Below are positions 1 through 10,524 of a DNA stretch of 64,000 nt, in pieces. Location of the stretch: the NCBI GenBank assembly GCA_965223905.1, contig CBDCXV010000011.1, positions 512,001 through 576,000 of the forward strand, given 5' to 3'. The DNA is from Candidatus Latescibacterota bacterium. GTDB lineage: Bacteria > Latescibacterota > UBA2968 > UBA8231. The translations under genes were made by a program, and so were the position numbers. A model generated the notes under the pieces. That model was given only the letters and a program-made list of their open reading frames with translations. It was not told where the DNA came from and made no database searches. The stretch's first letter is position 1. Every line of letters starts with the position of its first letter.

Positions 1-1592
1 TCCTCGGCTTCCGCGGGTTCGGGGGCCCCGGCTGCGGCGTCGGCGTGGAGGCGGATCCCACCTCCCTGGCCGGGATGCGGCTCGGCCCGCTCAACGGCCA
101 GGTGGACGGTCAGGGCGACTGCCAGTACTACAACCCCTTCGGCAATGCCATCGAGTTCACGGATCAACATGGCTCGGATTATGTAACCCAGGCGAATCCC
201 TCATACCGCGCCAACCTCGCCAACAGCCCCGAGCTGCGGCACTGGCTGGCAGATAATGAAGTCGATCTGCAGAGCACCGCGGACATGCTGGTTGCGGATG
301 CCACGCTGACCGGGACCTGGATCGAGAACGTGGCCAGCTACGCGGCCGGTTACCAGTTCCGCCTGCTCAATGCCAGCGGCGATCCCAACGACGAGGGAGA
401 CGTGACCATCAACCCCTGCCCGGTCGTGGGCGATGACGGTTGCTCGGAGGAGGACAAGTTCGGGCCCTATGCGTTCACCAACGTGAATCGGCCGTACGAT
501 GAATCGCAGACGGTGCATCGCCTCTTTGCCGAGATTCCCCTGAGCCTGGGGCCGCGCTTCGACAGCCAGCTCGCCGCCAACTACGAGTTCCACGACGTGG
601 CGAGCAGTTTCAATCCCAAGTTCGGGTGGCGCTACCAACTGGCCGAATCCTCCGCCCAATCTCTCTTCCTGCGCGGCTCGGTGCAGACGACGTTCCGCAC
701 GCCGTCGCTGGACGATGTGAACGAAAGCCCCCTCTCGACGCTGGAGTGGATCAGCGAGACGGGCGCCTATCAGACGGTGGACCGAATCGGGAGCAAGGAC
801 CTCAAACCCGAACAGGCATTCACCTACAATGCGGGCCTCGCCCTGATCACCGAGGCGGGCCATGAAGCGACCTTCGACTACTGGAGCTACGATTTCAAGG
901 ATGTCATCGGTGCCATGCCGCACGGGGCCATCACGGCCCTGTATGATGCGAACACGGAAGCCCTGAAGCAGTTCATCGTCTGCCCGGACGGGGTCGGATC
1001 CGGCACCTGCGCGGCCTCCGAGCTCGAGCGGGTGCGAGTCGATATCGTCAATTGGCCGGGGGTAAAGACTTCGGGAATCGACTTGCACCTGGGCACGCGG
1101 GCGCCCGCGGGTTCGGGACAGGTCGCCGCCAGTCTGGACGGCAGCTATATCCTGGCGTACGAGACAAAGGCCTTGATGCTGGACGACTTGGAACTGCAGA
1201 AGGCCGCTGACGCGGCGGGCTACCTGAACTTCGGCAATCCCATTGCGACCTCCCTTCCCAAGTTGAAAGGGCGGGCCTCGGCCGGCTATCACTGGAAGAC
1301 CTACAACCTCGTGAGCTACCTGAACTACATCTCTTCGTACGAGGACCGGGGATCGATGGCCTCCGACAATGCTGACGTTAAAGATCTATTCGGTACCATC
1401 GACCCCTTCGTCACCTTGGATGTGAGCTTTCTGTGGAGCTTGTCCCAGGGCGTCAACATGGTGCTCTCAGGGATAAACCTTCTCGACACCAGGGCGCCCC
1501 TGGTCAACATAGAGCAGGCGTACGACGGCTTTACCCACGATCCCAAGGGCAGGCGGGTAAAGCTGGCTGTCACCTGGCAACTGGGGCTGTAA
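1..1592 (+). CDS. TonB-dependent receptor, C-terminal part (5' end outside window)
   Basis: Frame open from position 3; barrel motifs FRTPSLDD, LKPEQAFTYNAG, DYWSYDFKDVI, GINLLD and terminal strand GRRVKLAVTWQL. Confidence 0.88.
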   Translation, partial: LGFRGFGGPGCGVGVEADPTSLAGMRLGPLNGQVDGQGDCQYYNPFGNAIEFTDQHGSDYVTQANPSYRANLANSPELRHWLADNEVDLQSTADMLVADATLTGTWIENVASYAAGYQFRLLNASGDPNDEGDVTINPCPVVGDDGCSEEDKFGPYAFTNVNRPYDESQTVHRLFAEIPLSLGPRFDSQLAANYEFHDVASSFNPKFGWRYQLAESSAQSLFLRGSVQTTFRTPSLDDVNESPLSTLEWISETGAYQTVDRIGSKDLKPEQAFTYNAGLALITEAGHEATFDYWSYDFKDVIGAMPHGAITALYDANTEALKQFIVCPDGVGSGTCAASELERVRVDIVNWPGVKTSGIDLHLGTRAPAGSGQVAASLDGSYILAYETKALMLDDLELQKAADAAGYLNFGNPIATSLPKLKGRASAGYHWKTYNLVSYLNYISSYEDRGSMASDNADVKDLFGTIDPFVTLDVSFLWSLSQGVNMVLSGINLLDTRAPLVNIEQAYDGFTHDPKGRRVKLAVTWQLGL

Positions 1593-1656
1593 AGGGTCCG
1601 GGAAAGACAAGTCGGCTGCGAGCCGGCGGAACGCTGTCGAGAAAAGGAGCGGTCAT

Positions 1657-2387
1657 CTGAAGCCTCGGAGCAGTTCCCTTTCGAAGCTGATCGGCGCCAC
1701 ACTCCTCGGGGCCGCAGCCGCGGTGTGGGCGCAGTCGACGGGTGGTATCGCCGTCACCGCGTCACCGTGGTCGACGACGACAGCGGACAGGCCGTGGAAG
1801 CGGCCCTGGTCTACATCCCCGCCCTGGACCTGGGCGGCTCGTCGGACGCTCAGGGGCGTTTCGAAGTTGTCGACGTGCCGGTGGGAGAGCACGAAGTGAG
1901 GGCGGAGCTGATCGGCTACTCCCGGACGAGCGCGACCGTATCGGTGCAGGCCGGGAAGACGGCGGCCGTCGAGTTGCGACTGAAACCTGCGGCGATCCTG
2001 CTCGAAGAGACCGCGGTGACCGGCACCGCCTTTGTAGAGTCTCCAATCAACGCGCCCTATGCGGTCGCCGTGGCCAGCCGCAAGGCCCTCGAGGAACAAG
2101 GATCGCCGCAGCCGGTTGACTTCTTCAAGAACCTCGGGGCCAGCCACGGGGTGATCGGCGAGGCGAACAGCACCATCGACCCTTTCCTGACCTGGGACCT
2201 GAACTTCCTGTGGAACCTGTCCGGGAAAATCGGCCTCACCTTCTCGGCGCTCAACCTGACCGGCGCCGAGCCGCCTCTGGTCAACCGGGAACACGCCCAC
2301 GACGGCTTGACCCACAGTTCCAAAGGCCGGCGGTTCAAGCTGGCGGTCTCCTTCCAGCTCCCCTCCGAGACGGGAAAGCTGTTCTGA
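1657..2387 (+). pseudogene. Internally deleted, frameshifted TonB-dependent receptor paralog
   Basis: AGGAG RBS, then a signal peptide (LIGATLLGAAAAVWAQ) shifted out of frame by a CGTCACCG x2 duplication (1752-1767). A carboxypeptidase-regulatory-like domain and plug start are joined near 2170 to a C-terminus (TIDPFLTWDLNFLW...KGRRFKLAVSFQL) matching the upstream receptor. Confidence 0.8.
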
Positions 2388-2675
2388 ACGGAGATCCCTG
2401 TTATGAAAACCGCTCTGCAGCGAGGAGGATGCCCCTTTCCAAGCTGGTACGCCCGTTTGTAGGCGACGGCCGCTTCGGCCGAGCCCGCTTGCTTCGCCTC
2501 CTTCAAACCGGACAGGGATCGTCCCGAGCCGGCTGATTCGCCCAGCCTGGAAACCGGCGCTATTCATACCTGCCCTGCCGGGAACAGCGGCAACCCATAC
2601 CCACCACCCCCAGTGTCTTCAGGGGCGAAAACAAGCCCTTCGGCATCGTGAGGGGCGGGCGAGGAAACCTTTGCA

Positions 2676-4232
2676 ATGAGACAAGAGGAAAAGCAACCGC
2701 TACGGCCTGACGACGTACAGTACCGGAAGCTGTTCGGTCTGGAGATTCACTTGACTCCTGTGTTCGTGATTTCCGGTATCACCATCGTCGCCTTCGTCAT
2801 CGGGACGCTGTTGTTCCGGGAAGCGGCAACCGAAGTATTCAACAATACCCGCGAGTGGCTCACCACGAGGTTCGACTGGTTCTTCATGTCAACCGCCAAC
2901 CTCATTCTGCTCTTCTGCCTGTACGTGGCATTCTCCCCTCTCGGCAGGGTGCGCCTCGGGGGCGCCGGAGCAAAACCGGAGTACTCCAACACGACCTGGT
3001 TCTCCATGCTCTTTGCCGCGGGCGTGGGGATAGGCCTGCTGTTCTACGGGGTGGCGGAACCGGTCCACTATTTTCAGAACCCGCCGCTCGGGATTGCCGC
3101 CGGAACCGAGGAGGCGGCCGCGGTCGCCATAGCGGCAACGGTCTTTCACTGGGGGCTCCACGGATGGGGCATATACGGGCTCGTCGGACTCGCCCTCGGG
3201 TACTTCGCCTACAACCGGGGACTTCCCTTCACCATCCGCTCGGCGTTTTACCCGCTGTTCGGCGACCGCGTCTGGGGCTGGCCAGGCCATATCATCGATA
3301 CCTTCGCGATCTTCGCCGGGCTCTTCGGGCTCGCCACCTCGCTTGGCCTGGGGGTCAAGCAGCTGACCTCGGGTCTGAACTACCTGTTCGATGTTCCCGC
3401 TACCGGCACCACCATGGTGGTGCTGATCGTGGTGATAACCTCCATCGCCCTGGCATCGGTGCTGGCAGGCCTCGATGCCGGCATCAAGCGGCTCAGCCAG
3501 CTCAACCTGATCCTCGCCTTCCTGTTGCTTGCGGCGGTCATCCTTCTCGGACCGACGCTCTACATTCTCCAAGGCATGTTCTCCGCGTTTGGCAGCTATC
3601 TTGCAAAGATCGTGCCTCTCAGCAACTGGGCAGGGCGCGAGGATACGAACTTCCTGCATGGCTGGACGACGTTCTACTGGGCGTGGTGGCTCGCCTGGGC
3701 CCCCTTCGTCGGCACCTTCATTGCCCGCATCTCGAAAGGCCGCACTGTTCGCGAGTTCATGGTTTTCGTGCTGATCCTTCCGGTCGTTTCCTGCCTGCTG
3801 TGGTTCGGCGCCTTCGGCGGCACCGCCCTGCACCAGCATGTCGTCGATGGCTATACCGGGGTGACCGAAAACGTCGAGGCGTGGAGGCTGGAGATCGCCC
3901 TGTTCAAGATGTTCGACGAACTCCCGCTGGGTAAGCTGCTTTCGTCCCTTGCGATACTTCTGACGGTCCTGTTCTTCGTCACCTCTTCGGACTCGGGATC
4001 GCTGATCATCGACACCATCGCCGCCGGCGGAAGGGTCGATGCCCCGGTAGCCCAACGCGTCTTCTGGTGCACGATCGAGGGACTGGTCGCCATAGCCCTC
4101 CTGCTCGGCGGAGGGCTGAACTCGCTGCAGGCCGCCTCGCTTGCATCGGGCTTCCCGTTCGCCATCGTCCTGCTGGGTATGGCGGTCTGCGTATGGACGG
4201 GGCTCCGGAGCGAAGTTCGCGAAGCCCGCTGA
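2676..4232 (+). CDS. BCCT family (betaine/carnitine/choline) transporter
   Basis: WFSMLFAAGVGIGLLFYGVAEP, FHWGLHGW, WTTFYWAWWLAWAPFVGTFIARISKGRT, FFVTSSDS. Confidence 0.95.
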   Translation: MRQEEKQPLRPDDVQYRKLFGLEIHLTPVFVISGITIVAFVIGTLLFREAATEVFNNTREWLTTRFDWFFMSTANLILLFCLYVAFSPLGRVRLGGAGAKPEYSNTTWFSMLFAAGVGIGLLFYGVAEPVHYFQNPPLGIAAGTEEAAAVAIAATVFHWGLHGWGIYGLVGLALGYFAYNRGLPFTIRSAFYPLFGDRVWGWPGHIIDTFAIFAGLFGLATSLGLGVKQLTSGLNYLFDVPATGTTMVVLIVVITSIALASVLAGLDAGIKRLSQLNLILAFLLLAAVILLGPTLYILQGMFSAFGSYLAKIVPLSNWAGREDTNFLHGWTTFYWAWWLAWAPFVGTFIARISKGRTVREFMVFVLILPVVSCLLWFGAFGGTALHQHVVDGYTGVTENVEAWRLEIALFKMFDELPLGKLLSSLAILLTVLFFVTSSDSGSLIIDTIAAGGRVDAPVAQRVFWCTIEGLVAIALLLGGGLNSLQAASLASGFPFAIVLLGMAVCVWTGLRSEVREAR

Positions 4233-4422
4233 TTCGCTCCCGCAAAACCAGGGATGGTTATGGAAGTGGGGATTGTCCTTCCCCGGAAACAGATGGCCAT
4301 GGTTCAGGCGCCGAGGCGGATGGATCGGAAATAGAATGGCCAGATATGGACAGGGACAGGGCTTACCCTGAGTAGAGAGTGCCCGTTTTATCGGGGGTAT
4401 TTGAGGGTCAGCCGACGGGCGG

Positions 4423-5556
4423 TCAGCGCAGGGCCGATACTCCCCCGCCGGCGAGGGCCCGGGCTATCTCTTTCTCGACGTCCCCCTGCTTTACGAAGGT
4501 GATGTCGCCGGGGGTCTCCTGCACCAGGATGCCGTGGGCCGCCCCCCACTGCACTGCCTCTTCCGGTCCCTTGCCGTTCAGCGTGGCAGCGACCACACCG
4601 GATGCGAAGGAATCGCCCCCTCCGGTGCGGTCGGCGATCTCGACGTTCTCCCGCACCACTGCCTGGTGCACGGCGTCGCTCTCGACGTCGTAGAGCACCG
4701 CCCCCCAGTCGATGCGATCGGCGCTCAGGGCTCCGCGCAGCTGCGTGCCGATCAGCCTGATGTTGCCGTAGTCGCCGGCGACCTGCCGCAGCATCCCGGT
4801 GTAGGCGTCGAGCCACACCTCGAAGGGGGCGTCCTTCGGCACCGGTTCGGTCTCGTACCCGAGGGCGTCGTCGAAGTCGTCGTGGTTGCCGACCAGGAAG
4901 TCGACGTGGGGGACGATGCCGCGGTTGATTTCGCGGGCCCGTTCCTTGTCCGGCTCGACCTTGGAGCGGTAGTTGAGGTCGAACGACCGCCCGACGCCGT
5001 GCTCCCCCGCTTTCCTCATCCCCTCTTCGGCCAGGGCCGCGGTCTTCGGCGACAGCAGCGTGTAGATGCCGCCGGTGCTGAACCAGCGTGTCCCGACCTC
5101 GCCGAACAGGTGATCCCAATCGATGTCGCCCGGGCCGATCTCCCGGATCGGGGTGTGGGCGCGGTAGTATTCGGTCACCGAGGGAAGCAGCCCTTTCCCC
5201 GCCCAGGTGAAGTTGACGCCGTTGTGCAGCGTCCCCTTGGCGTCGGTGCTGTATTTCCCCTTTCCGGAGTTGTTGAACCAGATGACGCGGCCGGTGTCGA
5301 GACCCACCTCCCTGAGCTGGTTCTCTATGTTGCGGCCGACGCCGTCATCGACGAGGGCGGTCAGGACCGCGGCTCTGAGTCCGAAGGTGTAGCTCAGGCC
5401 GACGGCGACGTTGGTCTCTCCCCCTCCCTGCCATATGCGCGCCGTCCTCGCCCTGGCGGTCGGTACGTCTCCCGGATCGATTCTCAGCAGCACCTCCCCC
5501 AGGGAGACGGCGTCGTAGCGCGTCTCCGCGGCGGTTTTCAGTTGCATCGTCGCCAT
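4423..5556 (-). CDS. PfkB-family sugar kinase, 2-keto-3-deoxygluconate kinase-like
   Basis: GEVLLR, GGGETNVAVGL, SFDLNYR, DRTGGGDSFASG. Confidence 0.9.
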   Translation of the reverse strand: MATMQLKTAAETRYDAVSLGEVLLRIDPGDVPTARARTARIWQGGGETNVAVGLSYTFGLRAAVLTALVDDGVGRNIENQLREVGLDTGRVIWFNNSGKGKYSTDAKGTLHNGVNFTWAGKGLLPSVTEYYRAHTPIREIGPGDIDWDHLFGEVGTRWFSTGGIYTLLSPKTAALAEEGMRKAGEHGVGRSFDLNYRSKVEPDKERAREINRGIVPHVDFLVGNHDDFDDALGYETEPVPKDAPFEVWLDAYTGMLRQVAGDYGNIRLIGTQLRGALSADRIDWGAVLYDVESDAVHQAVVRENVEIADRTGGGDSFASGVVAATLNGKGPEEAVQWGAAHGILVQETPGDITFVKQGDVEKEIARALAGGGVSALR

Positions 5557-5571
5557 TGCTCCTCCTCGGAG

Positions 5572-6441
5572 TTACAGTCTGAGGCCGACCCGTGCGTGCG
5601 GGTGGGCCAGCGATTTCTCGAGACCTTCGAGCACCGCGACCGGGCCGATCATGGTCTCGTCCGTCTCCGAGGTCTCACCGGTCGCGAACATGTGCACGAA
5701 CTCCCGGACCCCGGCGAGGTACATGCTCCTGTCCATGGAGATCACCGAATCCAGGCGCCCCCTCTCCCCGATCGCGGATACGTGAAAGGCGGGAGTGCCC
5801 GCGCCGATAAGGTTCATCGTTCCCACGGATCCGTCGCGATACAGGACGGAGGCGGTGTGGTTGCTGCCGCGGCCCCGGGTGACGCAGCCGCGATAGAAGT
5901 CGTACCCCAGCAGCCGCACCAGCATGTCGACCTGGTGGATGCCGTAGAAGAAGATGCCCCCCCACTTCGACCTGACGTCGCACGGCCCCGTGGTCGTAAC
6001 CGAGTGCAGGGTCCCGAGGCGGGCGACCTTCTCCTGCAGCGACCGGAAGCTCGTCTGCCTGGGCAGCACGGAGAAGGAACATACCGGCACCGAGAGCGCC
6101 CGCGCCCGCTTCAGGAACCGGCGACCCTCCGCGGTCCGGCAGCAGAACGGCTTGTCGATGAACAGGGGCAACCCCTCTTCGAGAAACGGCCGGGCGGGCG
6201 GCAGATGTTCGGCGCCGTGGCGGTGGTCGACCACCACTCCGTCGACCTCGCCGATCATCTGCTCCGGCTCCCGGACTATTGAAGGAATCCGCCCCGGTTC
6301 GGCCGCGGCGCGGGCGTACGCCGCGGTCTCGCCCCAGACATGGGTTACGCGGGCGCCCGGCACCCTCCTGTCGATATTGAGAACCTTGGCGATCGCCGCG
6401 GTGTGGCTGTTCTCGGCGCCGACGATGCCGATGCGGATCAT
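5572..6441 (-). CDS. Gfo/Idh/MocA family oxidoreductase
   Basis: N-terminal RIGIVGA Rossmann strand, FIDKP, YGIHQVD. Confidence 0.85.
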   Translation of the reverse strand: MIRIGIVGAENSHTAAIAKVLNIDRRVPGARVTHVWGETAAYARAAAEPGRIPSIVREPEQMIGEVDGVVVDHRHGAEHLPPARPFLEEGLPLFIDKPFCCRTAEGRRFLKRARALSVPVCSFSVLPRQTSFRSLQEKVARLGTLHSVTTTGPCDVRSKWGGIFFYGIHQVDMLVRLLGYDFYRGCVTRGRGSNHTASVLYRDGSVGTMNLIGAGTPAFHVSAIGERGRLDSVISMDRSMYLAGVREFVHMFATGETSETDETMIGPVAVLEGLEKSLAHPHARVGLRL

Positions 6442-6465
6442 CTCAGGCCTCCACTCGCGGGACGG

Positions 6466-7281
6466 TCACGAGAACGGCCACAGTCGCAGCGCCGTCTTCC
6501 CGAGCACCCATTCCAGGTCTTCGGCCGGGAAGAACTCCATCTCGTCCCTGACCACGCTGAGGGTCTGTCCGTACTCCGCCTTGCCCAGGCAGACGGGCCA
6601 ATCGGTTCCCCACATGATGCGCCGTGGGCCAAAGGACTGGTACACCTCCTCCACCAGGCCGTGGGTGTCCGCCCAGGGATAGGCCTGGCGGGAAATGTTC
6701 CAGGTGTGCGAGATCTTGACGTAGACCCTGGGAAAGCGCGCCAGCTCCATCAGGATCCTTCTGCCCGCGGCGTCCTCGGGATGGACGTCGGCCATGTGAT
6801 CGATGACTACGTCGAGGTCGCCGTGGGCCTCCAGCAGGGGGACCAGTTCCCGGAGCCGGAGCGGCCCGGTCAACAGAAGCAGGGGAACCCGGAGAGACTG
6901 GGCGCGGGCGAAGATCGGCGACATCAGGGGGCCGCCGAACCAGTCGCCGGCGGCGTCGACCGAGGGAGAGAGCCGCACCCCGTGAAGGCCGTGCTCCTCC
7001 GTCCACATGCCGAGGTGGTCGGAGGAGGCCGGGTCTTCCGGGTCGATTCGGCCGACGGCCATGAACTTGCCGGGGTAGCGGCGCACCGCGTCGGCGACGT
7101 AGCGGTTGTCCCAGCGGTAATGGATGACCTGGACAAGCACCGTCCTGTCGACGCCGTGGTCGGCCATCTCCCCCAGCAACATCTCAGCGGTGCGATCCTC
7201 TCGCGGCGGATTGGGGTTTTCCGCCGGCCAGGGAAATTCCGGATCGTTGATCCATACGTGGGTATGGGGGTCGACTATCAA
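6466..7281 (-). CDS. Amidohydrolase_2 family protein, sugar lactonase-like
   Basis: DPHTHVW, VVIDHMA, VYVKIS, RIMWGTDWP; TTG start. Confidence 0.88.
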   Translation of the reverse strand: MIVDPHTHVWINDPEFPWPAENPNPPREDRTAEMLLGEMADHGVDRTVLVQVIHYRWDNRYVADAVRRYPGKFMAVGRIDPEDPASSDHLGMWTEEHGLHGVRLSPSVDAAGDWFGGPLMSPIFARAQSLRVPLLLLTGPLRLRELVPLLEAHGDLDVVIDHMADVHPEDAAGRRILMELARFPRVYVKISHTWNISRQAYPWADTHGLVEEVYQSFGPRRIMWGTDWPVCLGKAEYGQTLSVVRDEMEFFPAEDLEWVLGKTALRLWPFS

Positions 7282-7530
7282 GTCGTCACCTCGTCATCTG
7301 AAACCGGGCGGAAAGGAATGGGTGAGGCTGGTGGGCGCTGTTGCTCCCGGTCTGGGGCAGCGATATTTTCGACGGCTCGCCTCGACAGCAACCGCTGTTC
7401 AATAAAAGCAGCAAAAGCAGCCGCCTCAGGTGAAACCCGTTTTTCCGCCAGGATGAGGGGCGGCCGCAACCCGAACGGATGGAGTGCGATACGCTGCTCC
7501 GCCTCGGGACACTCAACCAGACAAGTGCCC

Positions 7531-8955
7531 ATGGGCCATCGAAGCTGCTTCACTTTCAGGACCCACGGCGGGATCTCGGCCGGTGAGGAATGGATCTACG
7601 ACGGCGATGAGCCGATCGCTCGCTTCGAGAACTGCCTCATCGAGCAGCCGGAGCAGATTCTACGCTATTTCGATGCCAACCTCAAACCGATAAATCTCCG
7701 CGATCTGAAGCTCGCGCCCGGGGGCAGACCCCTCGTCGCCGGGGTGCAGATGTACTGGAAGCTCGGCCACTTCAGCACCTCCGAGCTGATCGACGTCGCC
7801 GTCACAGGCGAGGGAACCGAGCGCCTGACCATGAGCGTCCTTTCCCGGGACCAGGGCGCCGCGGCCACGTCGCTGCGGGTCCTTGTGCTGACGTACGACG
7901 GGGAATCGGGCTCCTACGTCTACGACTTCACCGCCCGCCTCGACCTCCACAGCCCCGAGCTCTTCGACCGCGCCGAGGAAGTCCTCTTCGAGTACAGCGA
8001 TCCCTGGTACAGCGACATTCCGGCTCCGTCGATTGAGTTTCCGGGCATGTGGAAGAAGCGCTACTCCCACCTGCTCGCCGAGAAGGCGGACGGAGGTGTC
8101 TGGCAGATGCCGCTCAACCATCAGGCCGGCATTCCGTCGCCGCAGGGGTTCAAGCGGGGCGGCCTCTTCGTTCTCGCACACGACGAGGGCAACAACCCGG
8201 CATTCGAGTTCGTCGGCGATACCGCGGAGCGGACTGCCGTCGGGGTGTGCAACTGGGGCTACGACATCCACCTGGGTGCCCGGTTCTCCCGAGACGAGCT
8301 GTATGACGTGCCGTCCCCGAGGTTTCGCGTCAGGCTCTGCCCGGACGAACACGCCCGCCGGCTGCAGGAGCGGGCGGAGCCGGTGCCGCCCGTTCTCCAT
8401 CAGGGATTCGCCGAGCTTCCCCGGTACGAGCGCAGGAGCAGTTTCGAGAGCGGATTGCGTCTCGACGAACCGTCCAGCGGCCCCACCGACCCCTGGGTAT
8501 GGCTTCCCGGGGGAGAGGGGTTGGAGTGGTGCCGCGACGAGGGGCGCTCCGACCGCTTCTCCCTCAAGATCTCCAAGCGGACCGCTGGGCCGTCCGAGTG
8601 GTGCCTGCCCCAGGAATCCGAGGGGATGTTCATGCCGAAATGGCGCGATTCAACCGGTTTCCGCATCTCAGTCTGGGCGAAAACCGAAGAGGTCGGGGGC
8701 CGCGGCGCCTCCCTTTCGGTGACATGGAACGTCTTCCACGCGCCGCAGCGCTTCCCGTTCGTGCGTTCCGAACACCTTGCCGGAACGAACGACTGGACCC
8801 GTCTCGAGGTGGAGATTCACGGTCCCCCGCCACCGCAGATCACCGCGATCCTCATCGTCCTCCGCCAGGACGGCCCCGGCACCACCTGGTTCGACGACTA
8901 CGAGCTCGAACCGCTGTCGGAAACCGCCGGCCGGCATATCCCGGCAACTCCATGA
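7531..8955 (+). CDS. Hypothetical protein with C-terminal CBM4/9-like (galactose-binding-fold) domain
   Basis: Protein-like composition from ATG 7531; C-terminal SVWAKTE..GTNDWTRLEV..GTTWFDDYEL; ATGA overlap with the next gene. Confidence 0.7.
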   Translation: MGHRSCFTFRTHGGISAGEEWIYDGDEPIARFENCLIEQPEQILRYFDANLKPINLRDLKLAPGGRPLVAGVQMYWKLGHFSTSELIDVAVTGEGTERLTMSVLSRDQGAAATSLRVLVLTYDGESGSYVYDFTARLDLHSPELFDRAEEVLFEYSDPWYSDIPAPSIEFPGMWKKRYSHLLAEKADGGVWQMPLNHQAGIPSPQGFKRGGLFVLAHDEGNNPAFEFVGDTAERTAVGVCNWGYDIHLGARFSRDELYDVPSPRFRVRLCPDEHARRLQERAEPVPPVLHQGFAELPRYERRSSFESGLRLDEPSSGPTDPWVWLPGGEGLEWCRDEGRSDRFSLKISKRTAGPSEWCLPQESEGMFMPKWRDSTGFRISVWAKTEEVGGRGASLSVTWNVFHAPQRFPFVRSEHLAGTNDWTRLEVEIHGPPPPQITAILIVLRQDGPGTTWFDDYELEPLSETAGRHIPATP

Positions 8956-10514
8956 CAGAAATCGCCATACTCAACGGCACCGTCATCGACGGGACGGGCG
9001 CCGCGCGCTTCAGGGCGGACGTCCTCATCTCCCGCGACCGCATCGCTGCGGTCGGAGACCTGTCCCCTGCCACGGGCGCTCAACGCATCGACGCCTCGGG
9101 AATGATCGTAGCCCCGGGATTCGTCGACACCCACAACCACACCGACGCGTGGCTGCTGAAGACCCCCCACCTGCTCGCCAAGACCTCTCAGGGGTTCACC
9201 ACCGAAGTCATCATGGCCGACGGCATCTCCTACGCCCCGGTCGACCGCGACACCGCACCTGAGTGGATATTTTACATGAAATCGCTCAACGCGCTGTCGT
9301 ACAGCGAGTACGACGGATGGAATACCCTGGGCGAATACATGGATCGGGTCGATGGAGCCAACGTGCAGAACGCCATTGCCCACATCCCGTACGCCAACGT
9401 CCGCAGCATGGCATGCGGCTTCGGCCGCGGCGTCCCCGACGACTTTCAGATGACCCTGATCCGGCGGGAGATCGAGCGCGGCATGATCGAGGGAGCGGTC
9501 GGCGTCTCCACCGGGCTCGATTACATCTCCCAGTGCTTCGCCACCACAGACGAGCTCGTGGAGGCGTGCGAGGTCATGGCGGAGCAGCGAGGCCTCTACG
9601 TCACCCACATGCGCTACCGGAAGGGGATCATCCCCGCCCTGGAAGAGGCGGTCGAGATCGGCAGGCGCGCCGGGGTTCCCGTGCACATATCGCACCTGAA
9701 AGCGGCCGACCAGGAGACCATCGAGCAGGTTCTCGAGTACGTCGACGGAACCGCGCGCCACGAGGTCGACTTCTCCTTCGACGTGTATCCCTACCTGCCG
9801 GGAAGCACGATGCTGAACTTCCTGCTCCCGTACGAGATCTGGGAAGACGGACCGCTCGCGGCGATGAGCAAGCTCAAAGACCCGGCCCTGCGAAGGCAGT
9901 TCGCCGCCGACCTCGAGCCGACCCGCTTCCCCCACACCCATATCGCCTGGCTGCAGAGCGCGGAAAACGCCTGCCATATCGGCAGCTCGGTCGCCGAATA
10001 CATCGAGGCGGTCGGCAAGGAGCCCGCCGACGCCCTCTGCGACCTGCTGATCGAGGAGGGGCTAGCGGTGCTGCTGGTCTTCCACCACGGCGACGACTCG
10101 CTGATCTCCCCTTTTCTCAAACACGACCTCTACATGATGGGTTCCGACGGGATCTACTTCCCGGACGGACAGGTGCATCCCCGGGTGTACGGATCGGCAC
10201 CCCGCCTGCTGGGACCCTGCGTTCGCGACCAGAAGCTGTTCTCGCTGGAGGAGGCGGTTCACAAGCTGAGCGGCCGTCCCGCGGAGCGCTTCGGGCTGAC
10301 CCGGCGAGGCCGAATCGCCGAGGGGTGCCACGCCGACGTCGTCCTCTTCGATGCGGATACCGTCGCCGACCGCGCCACCTACGAGAATCCCCACCAGCTC
10401 CCCACCGGTATCGACGCGGTGCTCGTCAATGGCGTGCCCATAATTTCCGAAGGGGCGGCGGTCGATCCCCTGCCGGAGGTGCTGCCAGGCAGGGCGCTGA
10501 AATTCAACCCCTGA
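8952..10514 (+). CDS. N-acyl-D-amino-acid deacylase (D-aminoacylase) family amidohydrolase
   Basis: NGTVIDGTG, APGFVDTHNH, GVSTGLDY, VHISHLK, DVYPY, HPRVYGS, PTGIDAVLVNG. Confidence 0.92.
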   Translation: MTEIAILNGTVIDGTGAARFRADVLISRDRIAAVGDLSPATGAQRIDASGMIVAPGFVDTHNHTDAWLLKTPHLLAKTSQGFTTEVIMADGISYAPVDRDTAPEWIFYMKSLNALSYSEYDGWNTLGEYMDRVDGANVQNAIAHIPYANVRSMACGFGRGVPDDFQMTLIRREIERGMIEGAVGVSTGLDYISQCFATTDELVEACEVMAEQRGLYVTHMRYRKGIIPALEEAVEIGRRAGVPVHISHLKAADQETIEQVLEYVDGTARHEVDFSFDVYPYLPGSTMLNFLLPYEIWEDGPLAAMSKLKDPALRRQFAADLEPTRFPHTHIAWLQSAENACHIGSSVAEYIEAVGKEPADALCDLLIEEGLAVLLVFHHGDDSLISPFLKHDLYMMGSDGIYFPDGQVHPRVYGSAPRLLGPCVRDQKLFSLEEAVHKLSGRPAERFGLTRRGRIAEGCHADVVLFDADTVADRATYENPHQLPTGIDAVLVNGVPIISEGAAVDPLPEVLPGRALKFNP

Positions 10515-10524
10515 AAGGGCCGCA

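Noticed and set aside
4240-4420. Compositionally odd spacer with an IS-end-like look (AGAGTGCCCGTTTTATCGGGGGTATTTGAG)
   Set aside because: No partner repeat or transposase found in the window; cannot be assigned
4534-6282. Long antisense or alternate-frame ORFs (also 31413-33878, 54823-57492, 50458-52317 extension and others)
   Set aside because: High-GC shadow ORFs overlapping genes with clear family motifs; Arg/Pro/Gly-rich and motif-free
6340-7530. N-terminal extension giving an 871-aa ORF (similarly 8499-8951 and 32160-32318)
   Set aside because: Overlaps well-supported genes; better starts lie downstream
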